Source: Candidatus Krumholzibacteriia bacterium
GTDB lineage: Bacteria > Krumholzibacteriota > Krumholzibacteriia > JAJRXK01
Assembly: GCA_041484665.1 (NCBI GenBank)
Contig: JBGPIA010000002.1
Span: 400,511-464,510 of the forward strand
Length of the DNA: 64,000 nt
Reading direction: 5' to 3'
Shown here: positions 39,301 to 47,819 of the stretch, in pieces
Numbering within the stretch: the stretch's first letter is position 1
How the letters are laid out: every line of letters starts with the position of its first letter
Made by a program: the position numbers and the translations under genes
The notes under the pieces: model-generated
What the model saw: the letters and a program-made list of their open reading frames with translations, nothing else
The model's database searches: none
What the model was told of the DNA's origin: nothing

Positions 39301-39946
39301 CGGCCGGCGGCTGCGCCCGCGCGCTCTCGCCGCGCGCGCCCGGCACGGCGGCGGACGGCTGCACCGTAGCCAGGGCCGGCTGTCGCGGCCGCGGCTCGTG
39401 AAGGCGTGCCTCGTGCGCCGCGCTGGCTTGGTCGTAGTGATAGCGCACCACGAGCACCTCGCCGCCGGAAGCGGGCTGGGGCAGCGCGAGCAGGCCGCGC
39501 GAGCGGTCCAGGACGACGTCGACCCCCTCCTTCAACTCAACGCCGCTCAGCTTGATCGTGATGGGATCACGCAGGAATGGATGGCTGAGGTCGATGCGGA
39601 ACTGACCGGGCACGAGCACCAGGCTGTCGCGGGCCGCGGCGAGCTGCGCGCTGTCGAGCCAGCGCACCGCCGGCGTTGCGACGGGCGCGGCAACGCGCGG
39701 GGGCGCTGCCGCCGTGGAATCGGTTGGCGCGGCGGGCGGCGCAGATGCCGAGGTCGTGGAGTCGGCGGGAGCGGCGACCGCTGCGGGTGCCGAACTGGCC
39801 GAGTCGGCGCCCGCGGCGGCGCTGCCGGCCGCCCTTGCCGCCACGACGTCGCCGTCGGCCGACCGAGCGTCGCAGCACGGCGCGACCGCCAGCGCGCAGG
39901 CCGTGGCCGTGGTGGCGATTCCAGCAACCAGCGGGAGCCGGAGCAA
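36350..39946 (-). CDS. 1,198-aa beta-rich envelope protein with an N-terminal signal/anchor, an Ala/Ser/Pro linker and a C-terminal beta-signal (…LAVETRARF). Candidate TamB/AsmA-like partner of the downstream Omp85 protein.
   Basis: Hydrophobic N-terminus MLRLPLVAGIATTATACALAVAPCC, 60-aa low-complexity linker, repeated …QGDY… beta motifs, terminal Phe. Operonic and closely spaced with the Omp85 gene. Confidence 0.4.
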   Translation of the reverse strand: MLRLPLVAGIATTATACALAVAPCCDARSADGDVVAARAAGSAAAGADSASSAPAAVAAPADSTTSASAPPAAPTDSTAAAPPRVAAPVATPAVRWLDSAQLAAARDSLVLVPGQFRIDLSHPFLRDPITIKLSGVELKEGVDVVLDRSRGLLALPQPASGGEVLVVRYHYDQASAAHEARLHEPRPRQPALATVQPSAAVPGARGESARAQPPAGAGPEQDDLVVRGSKTVSVQGGTNRDATVDQALQLSATGRIAEGIWLRAEISDQNLPITPEGNTEELRDLDQVRIELYGRRGGALLGDFAIDQPLGAFLPYQRKLQGLALRGRSGRGSAALLGGSPRGTRAQVELRGREGVQGPYELLDPQRQDESFIIAGSERVWVAGELMRRGETNDYSIDYVRGTISFTERRPIGPESLIAIDFETSRTGYSRQVVAAIADSVRLGIARLRLGWLSEGDDPDRPSQGELSEQDRARLTAAGDDPALAVGNGVTAATDSTGQYDKLATAPGDTIFVFVGAIGGHYSVAFLRVGTGQGDYILDRLSETGVREFKHVGAAQGDYVVGRRLPLPARTRAAVASLDVGDQGHGSWARLELNATERDENVISPVGDGNNDDLAWRAAGATPWLWGGREGTGVRASALAEAIGGRFYETGRVRGPFFYEPWNLQGETRLTREGHEQLQLEARAPQRTGSLSLERLHRSGNYDGARIAHEAQGRLLGPLGLSEALSFTTASRPDQPDSFRRDRAAQLSWEASPVVPHLRWKDQHFTDGPANQRRGYRFDEWAAGVRTRAQATLAAGGEFRRRLADSLGAEGAIWRFAGDVREWRGDLTGGAQPGRITLEGTWRDARLPGGQRETTRLGRLTASRRPSDASVGADLEYRAGTDRSRALQRQIVFVGEKQGDYDAEGNPVGKRQGDYNVVFLPSDSLVAATDVELITKLDVTPPARVLGGLSSHTLFQVQERNTSGNVGDVLLLRPRVLRNAGTTIFGEQRLRQELVLLRSLRNAELGLIYDTSVRLDRRYANAPESSDHRLRNARLESEVARGWSLRLDAGDELRTRDTGIVGDPLAQGYHVLDRTAGLTTRYRPTPRARTSLELRATRRADDASALHQTVLEVVPGGTTDLLHGRWTAELRLASVNEGGGNGQPRPYFFDRPGPSRRASLLAQWGGSGLITVSLRYQVRDEPQRPLRHDLAVETRARF

Positions 39947-39960
39947 CGCGCTCTCCCGGC

Positions 39961-40938
39961 TCAGGGGAATGCGATGTCGTAGACCAGCAGCGCGCTACGG
40001 CCGGCGTCGACGACGTACAGACGGTCGTTGGCTCCGACCGCGCAGTCGACGGGCCGCTGCATGTGGTCCGGCGCGAACTCGTCCCCCCCGACGGTCATCA
40101 ACGGGTAGAGGTCCGGTGCCAGCACGAATACCTTCCCCGTTCCGGTGTCGGTCACGTAGACGTTGCCGAAGCGATCGGTGTCCAGCCCCGAAGGGGCGAT
40201 CAGGAGCGCGTCGGGCGCGTCCACGCCCGGCGTGGCCGCCAGCGGCTGCCCGGTACGATCGAAAGCCTGCACGCGCCGGTTGCCGCGATCGCTCACGTAC
40301 AGGACGCCGCCGGAGCCGAAGGCCACGCCGCGCGGCTCCTTGAACTGACCCGGGAAGCTCCCGTACTCGCCCACGACCGTCTCCAGCTGCAGGAACGAGC
40401 TGGTCACGAGCACCCGGTGCCCGTCCTCGTCGGCCACGGCCACGCGCCCATCGCGGTCGATGGCCAGCGCCGAAGGCCGCACGGTCTCGAAGCCGGAAAT
40501 CGTCGAGAGGTCCAAGAAGACGTCGCGGTACGCGCCGCGCGCCTCGTAGCGCAGGATCGTGCGCCGGTTCGCGTCCAGCACGTAGAACAGGAAGCCGTGG
40601 ACGGCCACATCCAGCGGAGCCAGCCCTCCGCCGAACGGATCGTCGGCGGTGGCCACGTATTCGCCCTGCTTGTCGAACACGTGCAGGCGTCCGCCCCCAT
40701 AGTCCGCCAGGAAGAACTCACCGCCGGGAAGCACCGCGACCGCCGCCGGGCGCACTAGGGGCGCCCATGCCTCGGTCTTACGGTTCTCGTAGATGGCCGA
40801 GAACACGATCGAGCGGGGAGCCGGCGCGTCCAGGGCCGCCACCCCGCGCACGGGGGGCGGCAGCGGCGAGGGCCCGCACCCCGGAAGGAGCGCGGCCAGC
40901 GCGGCGGCCAGGAGGATGCAGGCCGGGCGGCGCGGCAT
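39961..40938 (-). CDS. NHL-repeat beta-propeller lipoprotein
   Basis: ATG after a TAGGAGGG motif; lipobox LAALLPG|C; repeated …GVAV/YVAD…DxxNxR(V/I)xxFD NHL-type blades. Confidence 0.6.
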   Translation of the reverse strand: MPRRPACILLAAALAALLPGCGPSPLPPPVRGVAALDAPAPRSIVFSAIYENRKTEAWAPLVRPAAVAVLPGGEFFLADYGGGRLHVFDKQGEYVATADDPFGGGLAPLDVAVHGFLFYVLDANRRTILRYEARGAYRDVFLDLSTISGFETVRPSALAIDRDGRVAVADEDGHRVLVTSSFLQLETVVGEYGSFPGQFKEPRGVAFGSGGVLYVSDRGNRRVQAFDRTGQPLAATPGVDAPDALLIAPSGLDTDRFGNVYVTDTGTGKVFVLAPDLYPLMTVGGDEFAPDHMQRPVDCAVGANDRLYVVDAGRSALLVYDIAFP

Positions 40939-40946
40939 CCGCCCTC

Positions 40947-41813
40947 CTAGAACTGGCGCTGCAGCGAGAGGGTCGCGGAGCTCCCGCGCAAGGACGGCTT
41001 GACCGTGAACTTCAGATCCATACCCGCCACCGACGTCTCCATGCGAGTCTTCTGCGCCACCCCGCTGCGGACCGCGTCGACGAAGGCCGCGGCGTGGTTG
41101 ACCAGCGCCAGCAGTGTGACCAGCTTCGCGTTGTCGAAGGCGGAATTGCTGTCCTTGCGCTGCCCCTGGTAGTTGTCGAAGACGCGCTCGTTCTGCCAAC
41201 GCCAACCATCCTGGGCCGGGAGTGCGGGGCCGGGCGGCTCCACGCCCGCGCGCAGCGCGCGCCGCACCTGCTCGTTGTACTCGTCGCTGCTGCGATAGCT
41301 CGCCACCGCGCGCCAGTAGTCGTCGTTGCGATCGGTCCCCTGCACGCCGGCGAACTGCACGGCGTAGTCCTCGTAGGCGTTGCGGCGCGAGTGCCCCTGT
41401 ACGTCGAACACCAGGTAGCTCGTCCACACCGCCGCCTCGATCCCCGCGAAGATCGCCCCGCGCGTGGTGTGCCCCGAGCGGAACTGCCCCAAGCCGGGCA
41501 CCAGGAGCGACAGGAAGCCGTTCTGGAGCCGCTGCGACTTGTCGCTGGACAGCGCGGCGGTGGGCTCCATCGCCGCCTCCATGCGATCCACTTCCAGGGC
41601 GCTGGCGCGGCGCAACAGGATCTCCATGCGCAGATCCCCCTCGGGCTCGGGCGGCGCTGGGGCGCCGTCACCCGCGGTCAACGGCAGCGTTTGCGCGCGG
41701 GCGGCGTGCGGTACCGCTGGCGGTACGGCGGTCAGGGACGCAACCAGCAGCGGCAAGGCGAGACCCCTGGCACGCGGGCGGGAGACCCGGAGCATGGCGA
41801 AGAGTCGTCGCAT
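40947..41813 (-). CDS. Secreted hypothetical protein, paralog A (PGLGQ…GH…W family)
   Basis: Signal peptide; shares blocks with paralog B (LLVPGLGQFRSGHTTRGAIFAGIEAAVW vs AVLPGLGEAITGHKRGYAFIAVDAASW; RKDSNSAFDNAKLVTLLALV vs RGDSNHAFSNRDKFLTLNVI); ends …LSLQRQF. Confidence 0.5.
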   Translation of the reverse strand: MRRLFAMLRVSRPRARGLALPLLVASLTAVPPAVPHAARAQTLPLTAGDGAPAPPEPEGDLRMEILLRRASALEVDRMEAAMEPTAALSSDKSQRLQNGFLSLLVPGLGQFRSGHTTRGAIFAGIEAAVWTSYLVFDVQGHSRRNAYEDYAVQFAGVQGTDRNDDYWRAVASYRSSDEYNEQVRRALRAGVEPPGPALPAQDGWRWQNERVFDNYQGQRKDSNSAFDNAKLVTLLALVNHAAAFVDAVRSGVAQKTRMETSVAGMDLKFTVKPSLRGSSATLSLQRQF

Positions 41814-42799
41814 CAGTAGGTCAACCTCACTCCCAGGCGCGTCTCGGTCAAGCCGCGTGGGTCCAGGACCAACGAAACCTGTGGGCCGCCCGAGCCCGCG
41901 CCGGTCGCGAGCGCCGCGCCGGCGGATCCGCCCGTAGCCTCTGACGGGGCCTTGTTCTTGTAGTGGCCGCCGATGAACCCCTCGAGGTACGCCACGTCCA
42001 GCACGCTCAGCACGCGGGTGATCACGTTCAAGGTAAGGAACTTGTCGCGATTGGAGAAGGCATGGTTGCTGTCGCCGCGCATGTTCACGTAGGTCGTTCG
42101 ATTGGGCGTGCTGAAGTCGGGGTTGGCGGTATCCAGGGGTGCGCCTCCAAAGCGATAGTAGCCATCATCCCAACCCCAGTAGAACACGTCCCATTTCCCC
42201 AGGTTCTCGTACCACTCGCGCGCATCCTTCTCCTTGCTGACATAGAGCGGGACTTGCTCCTTGGTCGTGCCCTGCCCGTAGACCCCGCCGAAGTAGTTGT
42301 GCAATTCGCCGGAGTTGAGCGCCGATTCCCACCAGAACTCGCTCCAGTGCGCGTCGGCGAACTGCTTGTAATCGTCCTCGATGTTCTTACCCTTGTCGGA
42401 GTAGTGCTTGACCGCGAACCAGCTCGCCGCGTCTACGGCGATGAAGGCATAGCCGCGCTTATGACCGGTGATCGCCTCGCCCAGGCCGGGCAGCACGGCC
42501 GAGGCCGCAATCGGCCACCAGCGGTGCGGGGCGCGGGCAGCCTCGGTTTCCAGATCGGCGGGCGGCGCCGGCGGCGTCTCGGTCTGCAGCGCAACGGCAA
42601 TCTGCTCCCGCGTCAGCAGCAGCCGGGCGCTGCCGCGGCGCCCAGCAGACGCGCTTTGCAGCAAATCCTTCTGCCACGGCGCTTGAGCCGGCGAAGCCTC
42701 GTGCTCTGCGCGCGCGGGCTTTGGACCGAGCAGCGCGCCGGCCTGGAGCATGACCTGTAGGGCGATCCCACCCACCAGGGCAACGCGACGTCGACTCAT
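41813..42799 (-). CDS. Secreted hypothetical protein, paralog B (Trp/Tyr-rich)
   Basis: Signal peptide; paralogous to the downstream gene; its stop overlaps the next start; ends …RLGVRLTY. Confidence 0.5.
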   Translation of the reverse strand: MSRRRVALVGGIALQVMLQAGALLGPKPARAEHEASPAQAPWQKDLLQSASAGRRGSARLLLTREQIAVALQTETPPAPPADLETEAARAPHRWWPIAASAVLPGLGEAITGHKRGYAFIAVDAASWFAVKHYSDKGKNIEDDYKQFADAHWSEFWWESALNSGELHNYFGGVYGQGTTKEQVPLYVSKEKDAREWYENLGKWDVFYWGWDDGYYRFGGAPLDTANPDFSTPNRTTYVNMRGDSNHAFSNRDKFLTLNVITRVLSVLDVAYLEGFIGGHYKNKAPSEATGGSAGAALATGAGSGGPQVSLVLDPRGLTETRLGVRLTY

Positions 42800-42896
42800 G
42801 CGCCCTTCTCCTTTGCTGCGCCGCGCCCGCTACGGGCGCCGTCGCGCTCCCACCCAGAGGCCGGCGGAGCGCCGAAGCCACGCGGCCAGCGCGCGC

Positions 42897-45800
42897 TCAG
42901 CGCTCCACATAGAACGTCAACAGCTCGGACGCCGGTCCGGCCGGCCCCACGTAGTCCAGGCGGCAGATGTAGGGTCCCGGCACCAGCGGCCGCGCGCCCC
43001 ACGCCAGCTCGCTGGTGATCCCCGCAGCCGCCGGGCCGCTCGCCTGCAGCACCTGCTGGCCCTCGAGATCGTAGACCGTCACGTGCGCGGTCTGGTCCGC
43101 CCCGCTGTAGAAGCGCACCCGCGCCGTGGTTCCGTGCACGGGATTGGGGATCACGTGCGGGCGGAAATCCTCCTGCGCGATCAGTCCGGCGTCCGGGCGC
43201 ACGACGCCCGCAGGGCCGCCGCGCGCCGTGCGCGCAAGGCCGGCACCCCGCCCCAACCACTCCGCAGAGCGCTCCACAGCCGGGGCCGGCGCGGGCAGCT
43301 CCACGGCCGCGAGGCGCGCGCTGCGGCTGCGATGCGCCGTGTCCGGCGCACCCGCACCATGCAGCGTATCGCCGAGGGCCTCGTACAGGAAAAGCGCGCG
43401 CTGCGGCGTGGCACCTGCGGCCAACGTGAAGTCGGCCACCAGCGGCGCGCTGGCCCCGCCCGCCGATGCGAGCTTCGGGTAGCCCGGCGTCGGATGCCCG
43501 TCGTGCTCCAGGGCATACAGCAGGCCGTACCGCGAGAGGAAGACGATCTCGGCGATCCCATCGCCGTCGACATCGGCCACCAGCGGCGTGCTCGCGGCAG
43601 CGTCCACCTGGTCCTCGCGCAGGAAGTGAAGCTCGCGCACGCGCTGCGGAAAACCCGTGCGGTCCAGACCGTCCGCGTTGAGCACGGCGATGTAGCCAGC
43701 GGTGGCAATCACCAGCTCGAGCTTCCCGTCACCGTCCACGTCGCCTAGCGCCGGCTCGCCCACCACTGGGTCCGCCAGGCGCCGCGCGAAGCGACGCACC
43801 GACCACTGTCCGGCTTGAACACGCTGGGCCAGCCACACGCCGCCGCTGGCCGAGACCACGGCGACCCGATCCGGTCCTTGAGGCTGCGGCCAGGCCAGCA
43901 CCCAGAACGCCCCCTGGTCCTCCCCCTCGACCTGATTGGGCAGGGCCAGTCCCTCCCCACCGGGGAGTGGTTGGCCCGAGATCTGTGTGAGATGCAGCGC
44001 GCCGCCGGCGACGTACGCCAGGTCATCGGCGATGCCGTTGTCGCCCAGGTCGGCGGCGCACGGAGCGCTGCGCAGTCGCACCGATGCGCCGAGCTGGAAG
44101 TTGGGCGACCAGCCCTCGTCGTTGCCGTCGGCGCCCATGACGTAGATGGCACTCGCGCTGGTGTCGGCGCCCACCAAGAACGTCTGCGGCAGCGCGGGCA
44201 CGAGCACCGGGCCGTGCGACAGTGGATGGCCGAAGTCCGCGGGGAAGGTCGGGAGGATCTCCCGCAACGCGCCCGACACCGGGCCCTGCCGCGAGAACGC
44301 GTGCACCTGGCCACTGCGCAGCATCACCACCAGGGCGTCGGTGGTGTCCTGCCCGGAGTTGCGAAGGAGGCTGGCGGAAGCGGGCGGCCCGGCCAGGGGC
44401 GCCCCCAGATCGGGGAGCACGCGCGGCGAAGCGCCGAAGCGCGGCCGACCGTCCATGCCGTAGCAGTACAGACCGAAGAGGCCGGTACTGTCGGCGGCCT
44501 GCGCCGCGACGATCACTGCCGGCCCGGCGTCGAACTCGAAGAACCCGACGCTCTCCGCCTGCCCCTTGAGCGGCACCGCCGCGCCGCCGGCCCCGGCGAC
44601 GTCGGGCAACACGGCCGGGAAGCCGTCGCCGCCATTGACGAGCGAGCCGGGCACCTGGGCGAACAAGACCATCAGCGGCGCGGTGGCCGAGACGTTTTTC
44701 ACCAGCGCGTCCGTCGCCAGCCCGAACGTGCTAGCGGTGCTGGGGAGCGTGGTCGCGGAGATCTCGGTGGCGGTGGCGGGATATGTGATGGTCGTGTTCG
44801 AATCTACCGGCACCACCGTCAGCGCGCGGAACGCGTCGTTCTCGCTGCCCAAGAAGCCGCGCGTCGTGAAGTCGAAGACGCCGATGTCCTGGATGCCGTC
44901 CGCCTCGATTAGCTCCAGACCCAGGTCATCGCGTGTGCGCTGCACGGTATTGGTGGCGATGCGCGCGTCGATGCGGTCCTGGCGCACGCGCCACAAGAGC
45001 ATCCCGCCCGGCCACGGCATGAAGAAGTCGTACTCGTGCGTATTGATCGTGATGCGCGGGTCCTGCTGGACCACGCGGCCCAGGTAGATCACGACGCCCG
45101 TCGCCGGATCCTGGATCAGGCCCCAATCAGGCCCGGCGAGGGCCGGGATGTGCCGGTTCTCCAGCAGGAAGAACTCGTTGGGACTGACATCCAGGAGCGC
45201 CGACTTCGACTCCGTTGCTTGCAGCTGTTGGGACTCGGTGCTGCGCAGGAGGATCTTGCGCAGCTTGCTCCCCACGCGCACCGGCTCGGTCCAGCCCAGG
45301 AACCACTTGCACCAGATGCTGATGCTGGGCGGGAGCAGCCCGACGACGATCTCGGGATCGCTGTGCCCCTCCACGGCGACCGCCGCGGCCAGATTCGTTC
45401 CATTGTCCATCAGGTCCCAGTAGCCCACGACCGGCAATCCCTCGGTCGTGCTGTAGAGGTCCGGGAGCCCGAGGCCGTGGCCGAACTCGTGGTACAGGGC
45501 CGCGGCGATGCTGCCGGTCAGACCATCCTGGCTGGTGCTCTCGGGAACGATGCTGCACTCGGTGACCGTTCCCGGTTCCCCGCTGCGGCTGTCGTGGGAC
45601 GTCAGCGTCACGGAGTCCTCGTCGCCCAGCTGCACGAAAAAGGTAGGGATATCGTTGGGCGAGTAGTCGGGCTGGCCCGGCTCCCACACCAGGTTGCTTT
45701 GCCAGCTGCCACCGGCGTGAGCGAACACGATGTACGTGTTGGGATCGTCGAAGTCGTAATCGGCGAGGTTCGCCGCGCCATCGGCCTGCGTCCCCGCGTC

Positions 45801-46547
45801 GGCAGCGAGGATCATGTCCTTGACCAGCTTGACGAGGCTGTCCAGCGTCCAGAAGCCGCCCGAACCCGGACCGTAGTCGGCGATGTCGCTCAGCTTATAG
45901 GAGTCGCAGTCCCCCTCGGGCAGCACCCGCGTCTGCATCACGAGCCTGCCGTTGCTCATCGAGCTCCAGTACTCGGCGAGGCCTTGCAAATGCGCTTCGA
46001 AGAACGCCTTGTTGTGGGGCGGAGGATCGAAGATCGCAGTGCTGTCGGGCTGGCATTGGAAGTTGCCGTCCTGCGTGACGCTGGTCAATGAACCGCTGCG
46101 GTCGGTATTGAACGCGATGCGGATCAACAGCACGTGCAACGTATCGACGGGCGCGCCTGCGGCCAGCACTGCCGCCGGTGCGTTTCCGCCCTGCGCGGCA
46201 GCGAGCGCCCGGCGCGCCTGCCGCTGGTGCAACCTCTGCATACCCTTGCGCGAGATCCCGTGCGGGCCCAGCGCGCGATCGGCGCGCTGCTCCGCCTCCA
46301 GCCGCAGCCGCAGCAGCTCAACCTGGTGATCGCTCAGCGCGAGCCAGCGCGGCGCCGCCGCAGGCGTCTGCTTCTCCTGCGCGGCGTTGGCCGCCCCCCG
46401 CTGCGCAGGGCCCTCGCTTGGAAGGAGGCGCAGCACCGGCACCCGTGCCCGACCGTCCTGCGCCGCAGGCGTCGCCGCCCGGGCCACGGTCAAGGGGAGC
46501 GCCATCCCCCACAGGAGAAGGCATAGGCCTCCGGCGCTGCGCCGCAT
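42897..46547 (-). CDS. M6-family (immune inhibitor A-like) zinc metalloprotease with FG-GAP/VCBS repeats and a type-IX-secretion C-terminal sorting domain
   Basis: HEFGHGLGLPDLY zinc motif; DVDGDGKLELV / DVDGDGIAEIV repeats; C-terminal …PNPVHGTTARVRFYSGADQTAHVTVYDLEGQQV… matching the type-IX-secretion sorting-domain pattern. Signal peptide at the MRRSAGGLCLLLWGMALPLTVA start. Confidence 0.75.
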   Translation of the reverse strand: MRRSAGGLCLLLWGMALPLTVARAATPAAQDGRARVPVLRLLPSEGPAQRGAANAAQEKQTPAAAPRWLALSDHQVELLRLRLEAEQRADRALGPHGISRKGMQRLHQRQARRALAAAQGGNAPAAVLAAGAPVDTLHVLLIRIAFNTDRSGSLTSVTQDGNFQCQPDSTAIFDPPPHNKAFFEAHLQGLAEYWSSMSNGRLVMQTRVLPEGDCDSYKLSDIADYGPGSGGFWTLDSLVKLVKDMILAADAGTQADGAANLADYDFDDPNTYIVFAHAGGSWQSNLVWEPGQPDYSPNDIPTFFVQLGDEDSVTLTSHDSRSGEPGTVTECSIVPESTSQDGLTGSIAAALYHEFGHGLGLPDLYSTTEGLPVVGYWDLMDNGTNLAAAVAVEGHSDPEIVVGLLPPSISIWCKWFLGWTEPVRVGSKLRKILLRSTESQQLQATESKSALLDVSPNEFFLLENRHIPALAGPDWGLIQDPATGVVIYLGRVVQQDPRITINTHEYDFFMPWPGGMLLWRVRQDRIDARIATNTVQRTRDDLGLELIEADGIQDIGVFDFTTRGFLGSENDAFRALTVVPVDSNTTITYPATATEISATTLPSTASTFGLATDALVKNVSATAPLMVLFAQVPGSLVNGGDGFPAVLPDVAGAGGAAVPLKGQAESVGFFEFDAGPAVIVAAQAADSTGLFGLYCYGMDGRPRFGASPRVLPDLGAPLAGPPASASLLRNSGQDTTDALVVMLRSGQVHAFSRQGPVSGALREILPTFPADFGHPLSHGPVLVPALPQTFLVGADTSASAIYVMGADGNDEGWSPNFQLGASVRLRSAPCAADLGDNGIADDLAYVAGGALHLTQISGQPLPGGEGLALPNQVEGEDQGAFWVLAWPQPQGPDRVAVVSASGGVWLAQRVQAGQWSVRRFARRLADPVVGEPALGDVDGDGKLELVIATAGYIAVLNADGLDRTGFPQRVRELHFLREDQVDAAASTPLVADVDGDGIAEIVFLSRYGLLYALEHDGHPTPGYPKLASAGGASAPLVADFTLAAGATPQRALFLYEALGDTLHGAGAPDTAHRSRSARLAAVELPAPAPAVERSAEWLGRGAGLARTARGGPAGVVRPDAGLIAQEDFRPHVIPNPVHGTTARVRFYSGADQTAHVTVYDLEGQQVLQASGPAAAGITSELAWGARPLVPGPYICRLDYVGPAGPASELLTFYVER

Positions 46548-46712
46548 CTGCCCCAAAGCGATTCCTCCGCGGACCGCGTCCGCTCGCATCGTGCCCATCA
46601 CCGTGCTGCGCTCAGCACGCCGCACGCGCCACCCCGTCCATCCACCGCCTCCTGCGGCCGCCACCTTTGCCGAGTCCGCGCGCCGCGCCCGCCCGTCGCT
46701 TCCGCTCGCCGA

Positions 46713-47705
46713 TCAGAAATCGAACGAGAGGCTGAAACGATGCACGCGGTCGAGATCCTTCGCCTGGGGCACCGACGCGTAGTCGAAGCTGAGCCCCGTC
46801 CCCACCCACCGCTTCAGGTTCACGCCGCCACCGGCGGTGAAACTCCGGATGTCGCCCTCCGGGTCGCTCTTGTACCCGGCGCGCACGAACAGGCTACCCT
46901 GGTAACCCCACTCCAGCCCTCCGCCCAGCACCTTCGTCTTGTCGTCCTTCACCAGGCTGATGTAGTAGTCCGCCACGCCGGTGACCGACGTCAGGTCGCT
47001 GTGGAACGGGGTGTAGGAGATCCCGCCGCGCAATGTGCGGGGCATGGGATCGGACTGGTCGGCGTCGATGAACGTGATGTTCGGTCCCACGTTCGTCACG
47101 GTCAGCCCGGCCGCCATGTTCGGCATCACTTTGTAGCAGGCCCCCAGGTCGACGGCCCAGGTGGAGCCCGAGCCCGATCCGTTGTCCTTGGTCGCCCAAT
47201 CCGGCGCCAGATTGTCACGGAAGTACTTGACGCCAAGCCCCAAGCCCAGCTGCGGCGTGAGCTTGGCGCCGTAGGCCAGGCCGATGGCGAACTGGTTGGA
47301 GTTGAACGTCCCCTTCTGGTTGGAGCTCTCGTCCGTGGCGATCTGCTCGCCCTGGTTCAGGTACGTGAGGTACGCCCCGACCTCACCCCACCCCTCCAGG
47401 TGTTGGCCGTACCCGATGAAGTACAGGTTCACGTCGCTGGCGAGCCCGGCCGCCAGCGGCGAGGTCATGAAGTGCAGCCCCCGACGGGAGCCATTGTCGG
47501 AGGCGAAGGCGAACGCGCCGAGGTTCCACCACATGGCGGTCATGTCGGTGGAGGCGGCGGTGCCGGCCTCGCCCAGCGCGTTGTAGCGCGCGCCGATGGG
47601 AAAGGTGAGCGAGATGCCGCCGGCCTGACTCACGGCGCGGGCCTCGCCCGTCAGCGCTCCTGCCACCGCGGTGGCGAGCAGCGCGATCACGAACATGCGT
47701 CTCAC
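46713..47705 (-). CDS. Outer-membrane beta-barrel of the PorV (LptO) / FadL-like type; less likely PorP/SprF
   Basis: GTG start after an AGGAGG motif gives signal peptide MRRMFVIALLATAVAGALTGEARA. Alternating beta pattern; terminal …FSLSFDF. Immediately downstream of the PorU-like gene, as in porU-porV pairs. Confidence 0.5.
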   Translation of the reverse strand: MRRMFVIALLATAVAGALTGEARAVSQAGGISLTFPIGARYNALGEAGTAASTDMTAMWWNLGAFAFASDNGSRRGLHFMTSPLAAGLASDVNLYFIGYGQHLEGWGEVGAYLTYLNQGEQIATDESSNQKGTFNSNQFAIGLAYGAKLTPQLGLGLGVKYFRDNLAPDWATKDNGSGSGSTWAVDLGACYKVMPNMAAGLTVTNVGPNITFIDADQSDPMPRTLRGGISYTPFHSDLTSVTGVADYYISLVKDDKTKVLGGGLEWGYQGSLFVRAGYKSDPEGDIRSFTAGGGVNLKRWVGTGLSFDYASVPQAKDLDRVHRFSLSFDF

Positions 47706-47819
47706 GGTCTTGTCCTCCTGTGTTCCACTCTGAACTTGGCGCTCGTTCTCCATGATGGACTCCGTTGCTTGCGCCGCCGTTTCCGTACGGGCGACGCTCG
47801 TGTTCGACCTCCCTGCGCG

